Positions 50,986-64,000 of a stretch of DNA of 64,000 nt are shown here, piece after piece; positions within the stretch are counted from its first letter, which is position 1, and the number at the start of each line of letters is the position of its first letter. This DNA is from Lama glama. Taxonomy: Eukaryota. The stretch is from assembly GCA_028534125.1 (NCBI GenBank), contig CM052832.1:18726001-18790000 (forward strand), given 5' to 3'. Position numbers and translations under genes: made by a program. The notes beneath the pieces were generated by a model. That model saw only the letters and a program-made list of their open reading frames with translations. It was not told the DNA's origin and did not search any database.

Positions 50986-53585
50986 ACAGTGGCTCTCAGA
51001 TCTCAGCTTCCCAAGAACCATCATTCTCCACAGTCTGCATACATGCAAACACAGACACGTCATAGAACTTTAGAGCCAGAAAGAAGCCAACAGGTAAAAG
51101 CATCATCAATAGGATGATGGATATTTGGATTTCATAAGAAAAAGGACCAGGCCCTATGGTCTGCCTGTGCCTGTTCATCTCTCTCTCTCTCTCTTTGATA
51201 GTGGGTTAATCTCTGTCTGTCTGTTTGCATCTGTCCACCTGATTCTCTACGTGTATCTCTCGGTCTGTGTCTCTCCTCGCCTGTTTCCCACCCTTCCCTC
51301 CAACCCCTTCTCTCTGCTCCCCATCACATCCCACTCCATCTTTTCATTCTTGCCACCCCTCCTTTAGATCCTCCCCTCTTCCCTCCATTTCCCAGAGCTT
51401 TCTCCATGCTAATCACTTGAGAGCTTTTATCTTATTTATGCTCACTGCAAAACAACATGCACCCATCACAGAGGAAATACAGCATTCTGGAAGAGCATTT
51501 CATTTGGAACATAGTCATAGGGAAACCTGAACAAAACACGAAATAAAAATGACAAGACACCTTTTGACATTATTATACACCAAGCACATCGGTAATTAAG
51601 TGATTATGAAGTCCCCTGTGTGAATCTAATTACTCAGTCTTAAACAGTAATCTCAAAACAGGCACGCAAATAACCGACACGTGGCAGCAATCAGCAGCAC
51701 AAGGCAAGGGCTGGCCCTTCTCCCCCGACCCCTCTCCCCACAGGTGTCGTGTTTTGGAGAATAACGTCTCCCACGAGCAGCCAAGGCACCAGATGACCTA
51801 CCTGCCTTCTCTTGACCTGCCCTCTCCTGGAAAGTCACCAGAGGCTTTCTAGGGGCCACTGACAGGGTATTAATCGGCTCAATGCATTTTTTAAAGGAGA
51901 AGAAAAAAACCCAGAGTGTTCATACAGGTTCACTTTTTGAGGAAAGAGCCATCTCTTGACCATATGTAGATACGTGATGTTCTACTGATCACTTCTGCTT
52001 TCACTCTGGCAACAACGGTGCTCACAATCCGTGGCCCTGTGTGCCAACTCCCTTTCTCGAGAAAGATTTTAAAGGCAGCGTAAGTACACAGTGTTCTTCG
52101 GCAGTTGGATGCAGGCCAAAATAATTTGTTTGAAAAAAGGCACTCCGTGAGGGAGCCCAGGCTTTGAAGAGAGAAGCTTTGCGCTGGCTGGTCCCCTTTT
52201 CTGGTGGTCAGCTAGGATCCCCAGAGGCACAAGGACTGTCCTCAGAAAGCCTGGAAGGGAATGGAGTGCAAAGGGTGAAACCCTCCGACACTGACCCAGC
52301 CTTTCCCAAGACTATGCCCACTTGTGAGCACAAGAGCGTAGCAATATTTTGAAGCAAGTATGAAAAGCTACGAAGGCTACCATTCCAAGAATTGTGCCTT
52401 TCGCTCCATTAATGCAAACTGGGCCAAGAAATGAGGCCACATTCATGCTGGGAATTCCAAAGAACTCAGTCTCCTAGCTTTCCTGTTTGGTGCCAAGTCT
52501 GCCCTAGGATGTGTGGTCTTAGAGATCTTACAGTGCACACACGTGGCTTCCAGCAGGTGAGCAGGGGAAATCACACAGGAAAACTCCTCTCTGATTTATC
52601 ACGAAGTGTTTCCTGACAGAGGGCACTAGCATGGTGCTAGGGATAGCAAGCATCTTCCTTGCAGAGTGACCCAATCTTCATTCCCGGTTTCAGCACAGAG
52701 AATCCAGCATCCTGGAAACTCGGACACTTGGGTCGCCCTACTCACTTTGATTTTGGAATCAGGGAGACAGATTCCAATTCTGGCTCTGCCACTTTCCAGC
52801 TGTTTAACCCTGGCAGAGTTAGCTGACGTCCCAGTTTGCTTATTTGGAAAACAAGAAGAAAACTGCTCTGCACGGCTAATACTGCTGTTTTAAGAAGATA
52901 CAAATGTAGATAAAGCCCCAGCCCAGCATCCAGAATGTCTCTGCTGAACATATCATTAACATTGGTGGGAGAGCATCTTAAATTTAGATTCCCAGGGTAA
53001 GATTAAGGAGTTACACCTATCGGATTTTTAAATAGTAAGTTTTTGTCAAATGCACAAAACAAACAATGATAAGACTGAAAGATTCTGAGACATCTCCTAG
53101 GCCGAAATATTCCTTCCTATCTATTTATCTATCTGACCTTGAAGGAAAAGAATTTTCTTGCCAAGTTAAAAAAAATGGGGGGGGTGTTGAAGGAGTATAT
53201 GTGCTTGGCCAAGGAACCTTAACCACAAACAGCAAGCTATAACTTCCCTCCCACTTCCTCCTCTGGGGGAGGCCCTTTCTTCCAGGAGAGTCTTAGCATG
53301 CAAACCACATTTTCAACCTCTATAATGAATTTCCTCTCCCTTTCATTGAAATGCAAGCAGCAGCCTGGTTCCCTTTGAGGATTCTTGGTTCAACTTTTCA
53401 CTTCAAAATTGCACTTGGAAACATTTATAAAAATCCTCCCTACTGTTAAGACTCACAGCTTAGCAGAGAAACCTAAATTTTCTTATGGAGATGACACATA
53501 ATGAGGTCGGCTGTGGAACCCTCTCACTGCACATTTACTAAAAACAGAAATAAGTAAAGTATCTGTCTCACTCTCTGAAATAACT

Positions 53586-54085
53586 NNNNNNNNNNNNNNN
53601 NNNNNNNNNNNNNNNNNNNNNNNNNNNNNNNNNNNNNNNNNNNNNNNNNNNNNNNNNNNNNNNNNNNNNNNNNNNNNNNNNNNNNNNNNNNNNNNNNNNN
53701 NNNNNNNNNNNNNNNNNNNNNNNNNNNNNNNNNNNNNNNNNNNNNNNNNNNNNNNNNNNNNNNNNNNNNNNNNNNNNNNNNNNNNNNNNNNNNNNNNNNN
53801 NNNNNNNNNNNNNNNNNNNNNNNNNNNNNNNNNNNNNNNNNNNNNNNNNNNNNNNNNNNNNNNNNNNNNNNNNNNNNNNNNNNNNNNNNNNNNNNNNNNN
53901 NNNNNNNNNNNNNNNNNNNNNNNNNNNNNNNNNNNNNNNNNNNNNNNNNNNNNNNNNNNNNNNNNNNNNNNNNNNNNNNNNNNNNNNNNNNNNNNNNNNN
54001 NNNNNNNNNNNNNNNNNNNNNNNNNNNNNNNNNNNNNNNNNNNNNNNNNNNNNNNNNNNNNNNNNNNNNNNNNNNNNNNNNNNNN
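53586..54085. other. Assembly gap (500 N)
   Basis: Exactly 500 N; the round number suggests a placeholder of unknown true size. Confidence 0.99.
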
Positions 54086-54581
54086 ATCTAAGCTTCATCA
54101 TTTACTGTCTGTGTGACTTGGGCAACCTCAGGGGTTCAGTTACATCTTCTGCAAAATGGGAGCCACAAGGTGCACCTCATGGAGTTCTGTGGGTTAAATG
54201 ACTCAATGTGTGTAAATAAGTGGACAGACGGGAAGTGCTTAAAAGAGTGCCAGCAAATGGAAAGTGCTAGTGTCTGTTATTATCTATATTTCAATATTGT
54301 AATAAAATCATACATGTTCATAATAGGACTAACCTAATAAGAGAGTTAACTAGATTTAGCCCTGGTTGGGCCCCACAATTGCCAAGTGACCAAACTCTGG
54401 ACAAGGTACTATCTCTGTGGAACTAAATTCAGCCAAGTCTAAAATAAGGGGGTTGGAGCAGGTTTCTAACTTCCTACATTCTTGGTCATGACTTAGGCCT
54501 ACTGTGGGACTGTCTCAGTTCTAAAAGCTCAAAACTCTTTGCTGTGTGTGGACTGCCAGGAATGGCAAGCCACCAGCAAAT

Positions 54582-54713
54582 TTTTTTTTGGTGGGGGGAA
54601 GGTAATTAGGTTTGTTTATTTTTTTTTTCTTTTTAATGGAGGTACTGGGGATTGAACCCAGGACCTCATGCATGCTAAGCATGTACTCTACCACTGAGCT
54701 GTATACCCCCCAC
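54582..54713 (-). mobile_element. tRNA-derived SINE (vic-1-like)
   Basis: GGAGGTACTGGGGATTGAACCCAGGACCTCATGCATGCTAAGCATG; 12-bp TSD CCACCAGYAAAT. Confidence 0.9.
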
Positions 54714-56039
54714 CCACCAGTAAATATTTGCTGAGAGAAATTAATTCCTTCTTGGGTCCCTGCTCACCGGAAGGACAGATGCTCCCTCACTAGGAGGGGT
54801 GGGGGTGGAGGCGAGTAAGCCACTGGAGTTCCGTTTTCTCTTTAGATGTCTAGTTTCGGGGAAGCCTTTGTACTCTAACACCTGTGCAAATCCATTTCTT
54901 TCCGCCTGGTTATTTACGCCATTATGCAGAAATGGAATGTTTACCTACAGCTTGTCAGACACAATCGCTTCATTCTGTCCTCAGTCCCTTTATTGTTAAG
55001 TTGTAAGGCTTTATCAAAGCGTGCAAGAAAACAAACACATAATTCTTCCCCACCGATGAGCATGTGGCTACTTCAAAACAACATCAATTTTTCTTTATGT
55101 CACTCACCTTTCAGACCTTCTTTTCAAAGCACTGGCTGATATAAAATTCTGGAATTGGTCACATCGATTCTATTATAATGACATATTTTTAAAGGCAGAA
55201 TAATGGTGTTCCCACCATCCCTAGAATAGGGCCGCCTCTTAAGCTAAGAGTAAGGATGAGCCCATTACCCAGTGCCAGTCCCACGTGGTCCAGGAAGGTC
55301 ACATTAAGGCACTCGTGTGTGGCAGTTTCCGCCCAGACCTCTCAGTATTGGAGTCTCACAGGTCTGTATGTAACACGCTTGAGAAAGGACCTCTGCTAGT
55401 CATCACTGTCATATTTATGTTTTAAATGAACTCACCAACAGCACAATCGCAGTCATACAAAGAGTACAGAAAACAAACAACATGAATGTAATGGTCAAGT
55501 TAACCCAGTTAATTAATAAAACTTCTGCTTCCCTAACACAAGGACAGCCTATCTCTTCCTGAATACGTTATGATTCACTAGAACCCAATTCTAGTGAAAA
55601 ATCACAGAGTGAAGAGGCATCTGCAGATGGGCGTATCCAATTCCTTTAGTTTGTAGATGAGGAAACAGATCAAACAATTGTCTGCATTTATCAAGGCTTG
55701 CTTTTTTTCCCCAAACAATGGAATTTTAAGCACAAATAAATTTATTTAAAGGAAATGGGTAGCTCTCACAATTAAACAAAATCTTTAATTTAAAAACAGG
55801 GCTCAAGAGGGGCAGAAACCAAATCAACTCTGCAGATTTGAGAAGCAAGAACTAGTGGGAAGTCCCTTCTGGCTGCCCTTATGGAGTGAATGGACTCCAA
55901 TCACTTTTCTTCCACATGTGACCCTCTCGAGATTCAAAATCCAAGGGCAAGAACCCCATCCTGGGTGAGGCACCCAAAAAAGACCACCTAGAATTACTTG
56001 AAAGGAAAGACATGTGACAGTTACAGCTCAATGACAAAG

Positions 56040-58100
56040 AACACTGGCTCCAGAGGCAGAGAGCCTGGGCACGAATCCTCACTAGACCACTCGCTACTGG
56101 ATATGTGACCTTGGGCTGGTTACTCAGCCTCTCTGTGCCTTAGTCTCCTTACCTGTAAAAACATGGAGACACACCTTCTGAGAGAACATACGTGAGGTAC
56201 TCAGAACAAGACCTGGCACGTAAAGGAGTCCAACAAACGCGTGTCCTTGGACAAGTTCAATAGTAATCGTAGTTCACAACTGGCTGCACAGCAGAGTTGG
56301 AACACGAAGTAAGTTTCACTCGTCTTTTATCCACATTCTAACGCTGCAGTCCCTCCCCAGCCTACACCACTGCGAAGTGTTAGCCCATGTTTCCGGGCCC
56401 TGCCTCCCCATCTCTTCCAGCCAAGAAGGCACAAGTATCACTTCCTTATTCTTCACCTTCTGCTCTATTAGCATTTTCATTGAATGAAAAAAGTGCACGT
56501 TTTCTTTCCTTCTCTCAGAGCAAATTTATGAAATATTCTTCCACTCTGCCAAAGTGTAGGTGGCCTACAGTAGAGGGGGTTGATGTAGACTTAATATTGT
56601 TACATAAATAATCAGACTGAGAGATAGGCTTCATTAAATTCCACGATGAGGAATAGGGAGAGAAGGAGAAAAAAGATTTAGAGTGATTACATCAAGAAAT
56701 CTTGGTATGCAAGTAATTCTCAAAGTGAGGGCGGCAGCCCCTTGGTGGGTGGTTCAATCAATTCGGTAGAGTTTAACAAGCGTATTAATGGAACAGACGA
56801 CACTGAATGGGAAGTGAAAAGAAAATCAACTGCACTGGAAGTAGAAACTATAAGCACTATTTCATAAAACTTTTGTTTCAGAGATATCAGTGTGCACGTG
56901 TGTGTGTGTGTGTGTGTGTGCGCGCGCACACTTATGTACACACCTTGGGAGGGGAGTGCTTCTCAAAATCAATATAAAACAGATTTCTTCTGAGTCCAGG
57001 TTTTAAAAATTGGATAAAAGCCGGCTTACGGTACCATTTGCATCTGTAAGTATGATCCACAACGAGGCTATGGGCGAGGTTGAGACAGCAAGGTAGATGG
57101 CAAGAGCATGTGCTTTGGAGTCCACAAACCTCAGGAGAAATCCCAGCTTTGCCATTTTGTGAGAGAGAGGTAGTAGGCAGTGCCGCTAAAACTCCAGGCT
57201 GCAGTGTCCTCACCTCTAATTTGGAGACAATGTTTATCCTTGTGTAAGGATTAGAGATAACCTACCACGTTCTAAACCTATCGCAGACATTAATATAAAA
57301 GGAGTCACTATAACTGACCTCATGCTTAACAGAATACAGCTCTGAAAGTGAGCTGTGGAGATAAAAATACTGAGCCCTGCAGAGATGTGTGCAAACCCGC
57401 TAGTTAGAAACAGAGCCAAGCCCAGATGCCCTGTCTCCTGGGCTCAGCTTCGTTCACAACACATCATCTCCAGGATGTTGCTTGAGTCAGTGCAGGGGGA
57501 GATTATTCCCATGGTAACTACAGCCCATCTGAGAAAACAGAGAGAATTTCCATTTCTGGGTGGTGACGTAGTGAAACCTGATATAGAGGAAGAACAGGCT
57601 TTGGACTCAGACCCATCTGAATTCACTTGCCAACTCCCCCACCTAACAATCACGTCATCTTTCTGAGTCTTATTTTTCTTACCTGTAAAATGGGAATGGC
57701 CTAAACTCTGTATGACAGCTGTGAGGATTAAACGGGTTAACTTGTAAAAACCCTAGCACTCTCCTAGACTTTATTCACTGATGATGCTAACACCTGGCTA
57801 AAAATCTCCGTACACTTCCTCACTCCAAATTCTCTCATCAGAGGTCAGTAATGCATCCATTCACATAAGGGCACTGACTCTGGGGATGTACTGCAGTTTG
57901 ACTGCCCCAGTTTGAATCCTGACTCCACCACTCACAAGCGTGGGTGATCTGGGGAAAGGCCTCTCTAGGTCTCACCTTCCTCATCTGTGACATAAAGGAT
58001 CATCATACATACCTCATTGGGAGTTGTGATGATTGAACCACAAAACACACACAAGGTACTTAGAACAGTACTGCCAACAGAAAGTGTTAGCATCATTGTC
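56040..58100. mobile_element. Cluster of at least four MIR fragments (mostly +) with a (TG)n microsatellite at about 56891-56930
   Basis: Repeated MIR cores (CTCTGTGCCTTAGTCTCCTTACCTGTAAAA; TTCTTACCTGTAAAATGGGA; TTCCTCATCTGTGA). Confidence 0.7.
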
Positions 58101-58254
58101 ATGCATCCAGAGAGACTCGGTGATCAGGTGGCCTTCTCATTCATTGATCTTTCGTTCTACTTAGTCATTCCCTGGGTCGTGTTATCTACTGCTTAAAACT
58201 GTACCAGCCCTAGGATTTCTAATTCATCATCCCACTCCCTGACCACAACTTTCT

Positions 58255-58421
58255 AATTTCTCCTGAAGTGTGATCCATGGGCCAGAGGGGCTGGCATCAC
58301 TTAGGAGCTTGTTTGAAATGCAGAATCTGAGACCCCACTCCCAGACTGACTGCATCAGCATCTGCAGTTTAATAAGATCCCCAACATGACTTATATACAC
58401 ATTATAGTTGGCGAAGCACTT
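58255..58421. mobile_element. MER5-like hAT-Charlie MITE
   Basis: GCATCACTTAGGAGCTTGTTTGAAATGCAGAATCTGAGACCCCACTCCCAGAC. Confidence 0.8.
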
Positions 58422-58469
58422 GGATCTTTTTCTCTCCTCAGCTGCGCTCACCTGACACTCCCGGGTCAC

Positions 58470-60330
58470 TGACCATTGTACATCCTCCCAGGCTATCTTC
58501 ATCCCACTAAAACCCCACTGAAATCATTCCTCCCCTCTTAATACCTTCAGCCTGTGTGCTCCTTGTCCTTTCATTACGTCCACAAAGAAAAACCTCAGCC
58601 CTGGATGAACTGCCCCACCCAGCACCTGCCTATTCCAGGCTTGCAGTGGCGGCTGCCAAGCGCAGCTGGAGAATGGATCTAACCCACAAGCTGATTCTGC
58701 TCCCTTCATCTGGGAAGATGACCTCGCTCCTACTCCCCCGGAGTACATAAAATCAGAATGGTATCCCGCCCCAACCCTCCACACCCACCTGCCCCTGCGG
58801 CTACACCTGTCCTCTCTTCCTCTTCTCCCTCTGATGTGCTGGAGGTGAAATGCCCATCCCCTCACCTGGGCTCAGGGTTATATCCCGCCCACCTATGCAG
58901 GAACTTTAAGTGACTGACTCTGCCTTCTCCCTTCCATATCTAAATGTCCAAATATAGAGGTACCAAGATCTCTGTCTCCTGGATTCTTACACCCCTCTTG
59001 TAGCTCCATCTAACTCCCTCCTTCCTCTGAGCCCAACTTCTCAAAAAAGGATCTGCAACAGATGTCTTCATTTTTCTGCCTCATATTCACTCTACTGTTC
59101 ACTATTCTGCCCCCACAACTCTGCCAAGGTCCCAATCACCTCTTTGTTGCTAAGTCCAGCAGATAGTTTTCAGCATTTCCTAACTAGATTTCTCCTTAGC
59201 ACTAGGCACAGCTGAATTAGATCTAGCTGAACTAGATCTCTCCTTCTCATTGACACAGCCTTCCATGCTGGGAATTCTCTTCCTCGGGTTTTCCAACCCC
59301 CTCCCCGATCCCATCCATTTCCCATTCCCTGTTATCTTCCATTCTCTCCCATGACTTCAATGGATCCCAGATGACTCCTAGGTTTATGTGCAGCCCAGAC
59401 CTCTCTTGGATTATCAGATCTATTGACCTAACTCCACTTGAATGTCTCTTCCTAAAACTCAGCATGTGATCTTTCTTTCAGAATCTGCTCCTCCTCCTAG
59501 AGTTTGAGCTAGGTAATGAGCACCGCTATCTATCCAGTTTCTCTCGCCAGAAATCTACGGATTGTCAATTCCACTCCCTCTCTCAGTCATTCGCCAAGTT
59601 CAATGTAATCTAAATAGTTCTTAAAACCATTCATGTCTCTCCAACTCCACTGCAAAGACTCTATTCCAAGCCACCATCATCTTGTTCCGATATCATTTGC
59701 AATAGCCTCCTAACAGAACCACTCTTGCCTCACCAAGCAACTGCCTATGTAGGATGATATTGATGTGATCTTCAAAAAACCCATGTTATCTAATCGCTTC
59801 TCTGCTTAAGCTCTTCAGTGGCTCCACAGGACTATACTGGAGCCTGCCTCATTTCACTCCCTCTCCTCCCCATTCCCCAACCCCTCCAGGTCTAGCCATG
59901 CTGGCCTCCTGTTGGTCCTCCCCAGGGGTGGGCTCCTGCCCCACCCTCTGCTTCGACTGCTCTCCCCTCCCCTCCTTTCTTTACCTTCCCCTGGTTCACA
60001 CCCACTGACCCTTCAGATCCCAAATAAAGAACTTCCTGAAGAAGGTCCAGACTAGAGCAGATCTCCTGGTTGTATTTTCCCACAATACTTGCATATTTCC
60101 TTAGTAATACCTATCACAATTTTAATGATGGGTGGAAATACATATTTAGCTCCACCAGCCCCACCAGACTGTCAGGTGTCTGGGAGCAGGGACCAAATCT
60201 GTCCTAGTCAAAGTTCCCTGCTCTCCCTCACCTCCTTTCCAAGTGTGAAAACTCGAGTTCAGTCTGAATCCAATTATAAAAATTCAGTGCTGTCTGTTTA
60301 TTCCTGACGCCTACCACATAATTGACGCAT
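58470..60330 (+). mobile_element. Long decayed L2 fragment(s)
   Basis: C/T-rich L2-like text (AAACCTCAGCCCTGGATGAA; CCAAGCCACCATCATCT; GCAATAGCCTCCTAAC); boundaries approximate. Confidence 0.65.
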
Positions 60331-61939
60331 CCTTCCTATTTAATAGTCATATCCTATCAGGGAAGTACCTGAAAATTTGTTGTTTGCAGCTCACCTTGAC
60401 CCAGTTCAAACAGATCTACTAGCTAATCCCCAACTCACCTACCAAAACAAAGAGAAATAAAACAAGAAAAAGATAGCCCTTCCAGAGGAAAGGTGTAGAA
60501 ATGCCAAACACTGACATCCCTGCTTTTTGCCTACTGTGTTCACAGTACTTGACTCACCAATTCAGCACAGAAAGGCTAGTCTCCTACAGCTCCCACCGGC
60601 AGGGAATGTCATTTCTAGCAACGGATGCAAGGGAAGCAAAATTCACTCTGTGAAATGATTTCAGACATCCCATGGCTTTCTAGACCTTGATTTTTTCCCC
60701 CCAATTGTGCCAGCAGAGTTAAATCCACAAAGCTAAACAATTCACCGAGGGTGGGTCAGGGTAATGATGGAAGAGACTTCATGCAAAACATAGGGAAAAA
60801 ATCATGTTATTTTAGTGACAATTAATAGACCATTTAATCAGAAGGAAATGTATCTTTAACAACCAGAGCACAGTGAAAGTAAGTTCCAGAGAGGAAGCCT
60901 ATTTTTTCAAAATAGACCGTATTTTTCTTTCTTGAAGCTTCAGATAAATGCGATTTGCTATTTGGAGAAGTGTTTTGCTCAGGGAACATAAAAACATCAC
61001 TCATCTACTCAGAGAACCCCACCTAAGCACTGTCCCCAGAGGCTCAAAGTTTCAAGATAAAGTGAAACAGGGGCAGAGCTTTCGAAGCCAAACCCAGCCT
61101 TTGCACATGGGAGGAAGTCAAAAAGCTGACACCCTCTAGACACAAACACTGCTTCTGCTCCGCCCTTTAATGTAGAAATTAGCAACTGGCTCTCTCCGTG
61201 GTGGTGCCTCCTCCCTGCCTCAGTGGGAACCAGCAAACTGTAAGTGATCCCCCTCTTTTTTTTTTTTTTGCTCCCAATCACTCCCAAGCTTTCCCCTCTT
61301 CCCAGCTACGCCAGAAACAGGCGGGGTACCTCAGTCTGGCATCAACCACTTCTTAGCACGGGACAGGAACTCTCTGCCTAGTTCCATATTTCTATTTCTG
61401 TAGCTCATCGCCTCTCCTTCCAAGGTGGCCACCTGTGGTTGGCCCCTTCACCCACAGACCCCGCTCCCTCATGACAAACACACATACCTGTGCAGCCCAG
61501 CTGCAAAACCAGCAGGATCCCTCTTCTGACTTCTTTGAGTGGCAGGAGAGCGAAGGACTGGGTGGTCTACAGAAGGATCAGCCAAGACTGGAGCCCCAAG
61601 TTCTTTTTCTTTTGGAAGTTGTTTGTCCACATTACAACCCCAGGAGCCCTGGCTCAAACTCTCCTCTACGTGGTCCCTCAAGAGTGGGAAGGAGAGGAGT
61701 GGGGGCCCCTTGCAGAGCCAGCGGAAAGCAGAGGCTGAAGCCAGAGTAACCTTAAAGAGGAATGGGTGTGGAGGAAGGGTTATACCAGAAAACGTGTCTT
61801 TGTGTTTCTCCACCTTGTGCTAAAAGGAATTCCGTTAGATTAGCACTCTGGTTCCCAAATCGTGTAATTCTCTTTTCAGTGAACTCATCCTGTGCTCTTC
61901 TTTTGTATGATTCATCATAATTGTCCTTAAATATTTGAG

Positions 61940-62700
61940 TTATTCATTTATTTATTAAGCAAGTATTGAATGTGCTCCTTGGGCTAGACACTAAGGATAA
62001 AAAGATATAAAGCCGTGCCTTCAAGCAGCTTCTCTTCTACTGGGAGGAGAGAGACTATATACAAATAAATAAGTAAGAATGAGGTGTGCCAGATGGTGAT
62101 AAATATTACGGAGAAAAACATCGCAGGGAAAGAAAACAGTGATTGCTGCGTGGGGGTGGGGGAGGGGAGGGGGGTAGGTGACATTTTCAGTCTGGTGAGA
62201 CCTCATTATGAAGTCATGTTGAAAAAGGTCCAAAAGAAGTGAAAGAATGAGCCGTCCCATTCTCATCTTAGACAAGAGTGGTCCAGGCAGAGGAAACAGC
62301 AAAGGCAAACAGCATATTTCGGAGATGAGAATATGCCTGAGGTAACTGAAGGATAAAGAGGAGCTCACGTGACTTGGGGAGAGCAGGCGTGGGTGGGGTC
62401 AGTGGGGGCTGTGAGATCTGCCACCCGGGGATTTTGAGCACAGGAGTGATGTGACCTGACATTTAAAATGATCTCTCTGACTGTCATGTTGAGAACAGAC
62501 TGGAAGGTGGGTGAGAGGGCAAGGGGGTTAAAACAGGGAACCCAGCCGGGAGGCAAAACTGCAGTAATCTGCGAGAAAGATGATGACGGCTGGGACCAGA
62601 GAGGTCAGAGGGAGCAGTCAGATGTGACCAGATTCAGGATACACTTTGATGATAGAGCACAAATGGACTTGTGGCTGGAGTGAATTTGGATTACAAGAGA
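61940..62700 (-). mobile_element. L2a-type 3' fragment
   Basis: ATTCATTTATT..AAGTATTGAATG tail; TTTTGAGCA...TGACCTGACATTTAAAATGATCTCTCTGACTG. Confidence 0.8.
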
Positions 62701-62947
62701 TTAATTACTTTGCTAAAGGTAACAGTTTGGCTTGTACCCATGAAATAATTACATAACAATTCAAGACAGTACATGATACAGTGACCACTGGATTGGTCCA
62801 AACACCTTTGGCTTCCTTTAATAATGTCCCATGTACATTTAAAATATAATAATACAAAGCCAGAGATTTTATTTGAATTCTAGAAAAGCAACTATGGGGA
62901 AGAAGGGAAAGGGAATTTTCCTGTGCCTTTTTTCAGTTCCTCTAGAG

Positions 62948-63149
62948 CAGTACTGTGTCATAGAACCTTCTGGAAATGTTCTGTATCTGGACTTACCATA
63001 CAGTAGCCACCAGCCACATGTGGTTACTGAGCATTTAAAATGTGACTAATGTGACTGAGTACCTAAATTTTAACTTTATTTAATTTGAATTAATTTTTTA
63101 ATTCAAATAGCTATTTCTGGCTAATAGCCACTATACTGAACCATACAGA
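62948..63149. mobile_element. MER3-like hAT-Charlie MITE
   Basis: GGAAATGTTCTGTATCTG...GTAGCCACCAGCCACATGTGGTTACTGAGCA; preceded by CTCTAGAG target. Confidence 0.8.
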
Positions 63150-64000
63150 TCACCACACAGCAAAACCATTCCTGAACTATACATTACACTTTTTCTTATT
63201 GAAATTGAGTTAAAAGGATATATATAAAATATATCTGTAAAAGTATACATTCTCATTTTTTTATTACACCCTTCAGTTACCATCGAATTCTCTTATTTGA
63301 AAAGAAGCAGTAGATGGCTTGGTTTTAATCATTTTGAAACACACTTTCTTAGTTTTTGCAGGCAACTCTAACATCTTCTCAGCCATCAGTCTACCAATGA
63401 CATTCAAAATGTGATTTCCCTCCCTGATGAGTATTAAATGCTAACATTTTAAATGTCACATAAAAATAAAGATAGAAGATTCTTATTATAATTGAACTAC
63501 CCTCCTGCTCTAAATTCAAAGTACTTTATGATATCAGTTATCTCATTTTTCTTCCCCAAATGAATAAAAAGAGCTGATATTAGTATCACCATTTTTCAGT
63601 TGGGAAAATCAAGGCAGAGGGAGATTAAAGGCAGCCCATTGTAGAATGTAAGTCTATAGTTTTATTGGAAAGGAGCAGAAATTAGGAAGATATAAAAAGG
63701 GAAGTCAGTTGAAAAAAAAAAAAACTACATGTAGATTCTTGGTTGCCAAATTCAAATGAGCTGAGAACGGGTCTAGAAAATGCTGTCGGGATGAACAGGG
63801 TAGGTGTCAGTGTCCCCCCTTTGGGCCCTGAGTCTTAGACCTTCCATGTGCCTCAGCGGTGCACCTAAGACAAGATGCTGGCTCCACAACTGCGCGGTGA
63901 GGGGGATGCAGCGGTCAGGTGGGGGCGCGATGAGGGAGGTGGCCTCGGTATAATGATGCTGGCTTACTCATGAGCGAACCAGATTTCAAATGACAGGGCA

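Noticed and set aside
53568..54101. 177-aa ORF
   Set aside because: Artefact of translating the N gap.
57024..57050. Possible 14-nt micro-exon cttacag|ATGCAAATGGTACC|gtaagc near a (CA)n run
   Set aside because: Poor polypyrimidine tract, frame-shifting length, and no support from the CARMIL1 protein sequence.
59182..59245. Local 15-16 bp duplications (AGCTGAAYTAGATCT x2; AACTAGATYTCTCCTT x2)
   Set aside because: Small slippage or templated duplication inside a decayed L2; not an array or CRISPR-like structure.

Overview
This is mammalian genomic DNA, most likely camelid, judging from the vic-1-like tRNA-derived SINEs and lineage-type L1 3' tails. The whole window lies inside one minus-strand gene, CARMIL1 (LRRC16A). 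Nine consecutive coding exons were reconstructed with canonical AG/GT boundaries and consistent phases. They total 736 nt, cover the PH-like domain, linker and first LRRs, and are probably exons 3-11 by recalled human numbering. The rest is intron filled with L1, L2, MIR, tRNA-SINEs, MaLR/ERVL LTRs and hAT/Tigger DNA transposons, plus a 500-N assembly gap. There is no prokaryotic-type system, CRISPR array or genuine RNA gene, and I cannot support a new multi-gene system. The best leads are splicing-level (in-phase candidate alternative or poison exons, competing 5' splice sites, shared CA-repeat modules after two donors, inverted SINEs around a frame-symmetric exon block) and transposon fossils (a possible Tc1-like DD34E remnant, an open Tigger7/MER44 HTH ORF, tandem hAT MITEs sharing one target). 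Repeat family names come from recalled consensus sequences. Repeat boundaries without a TSD are approximate.
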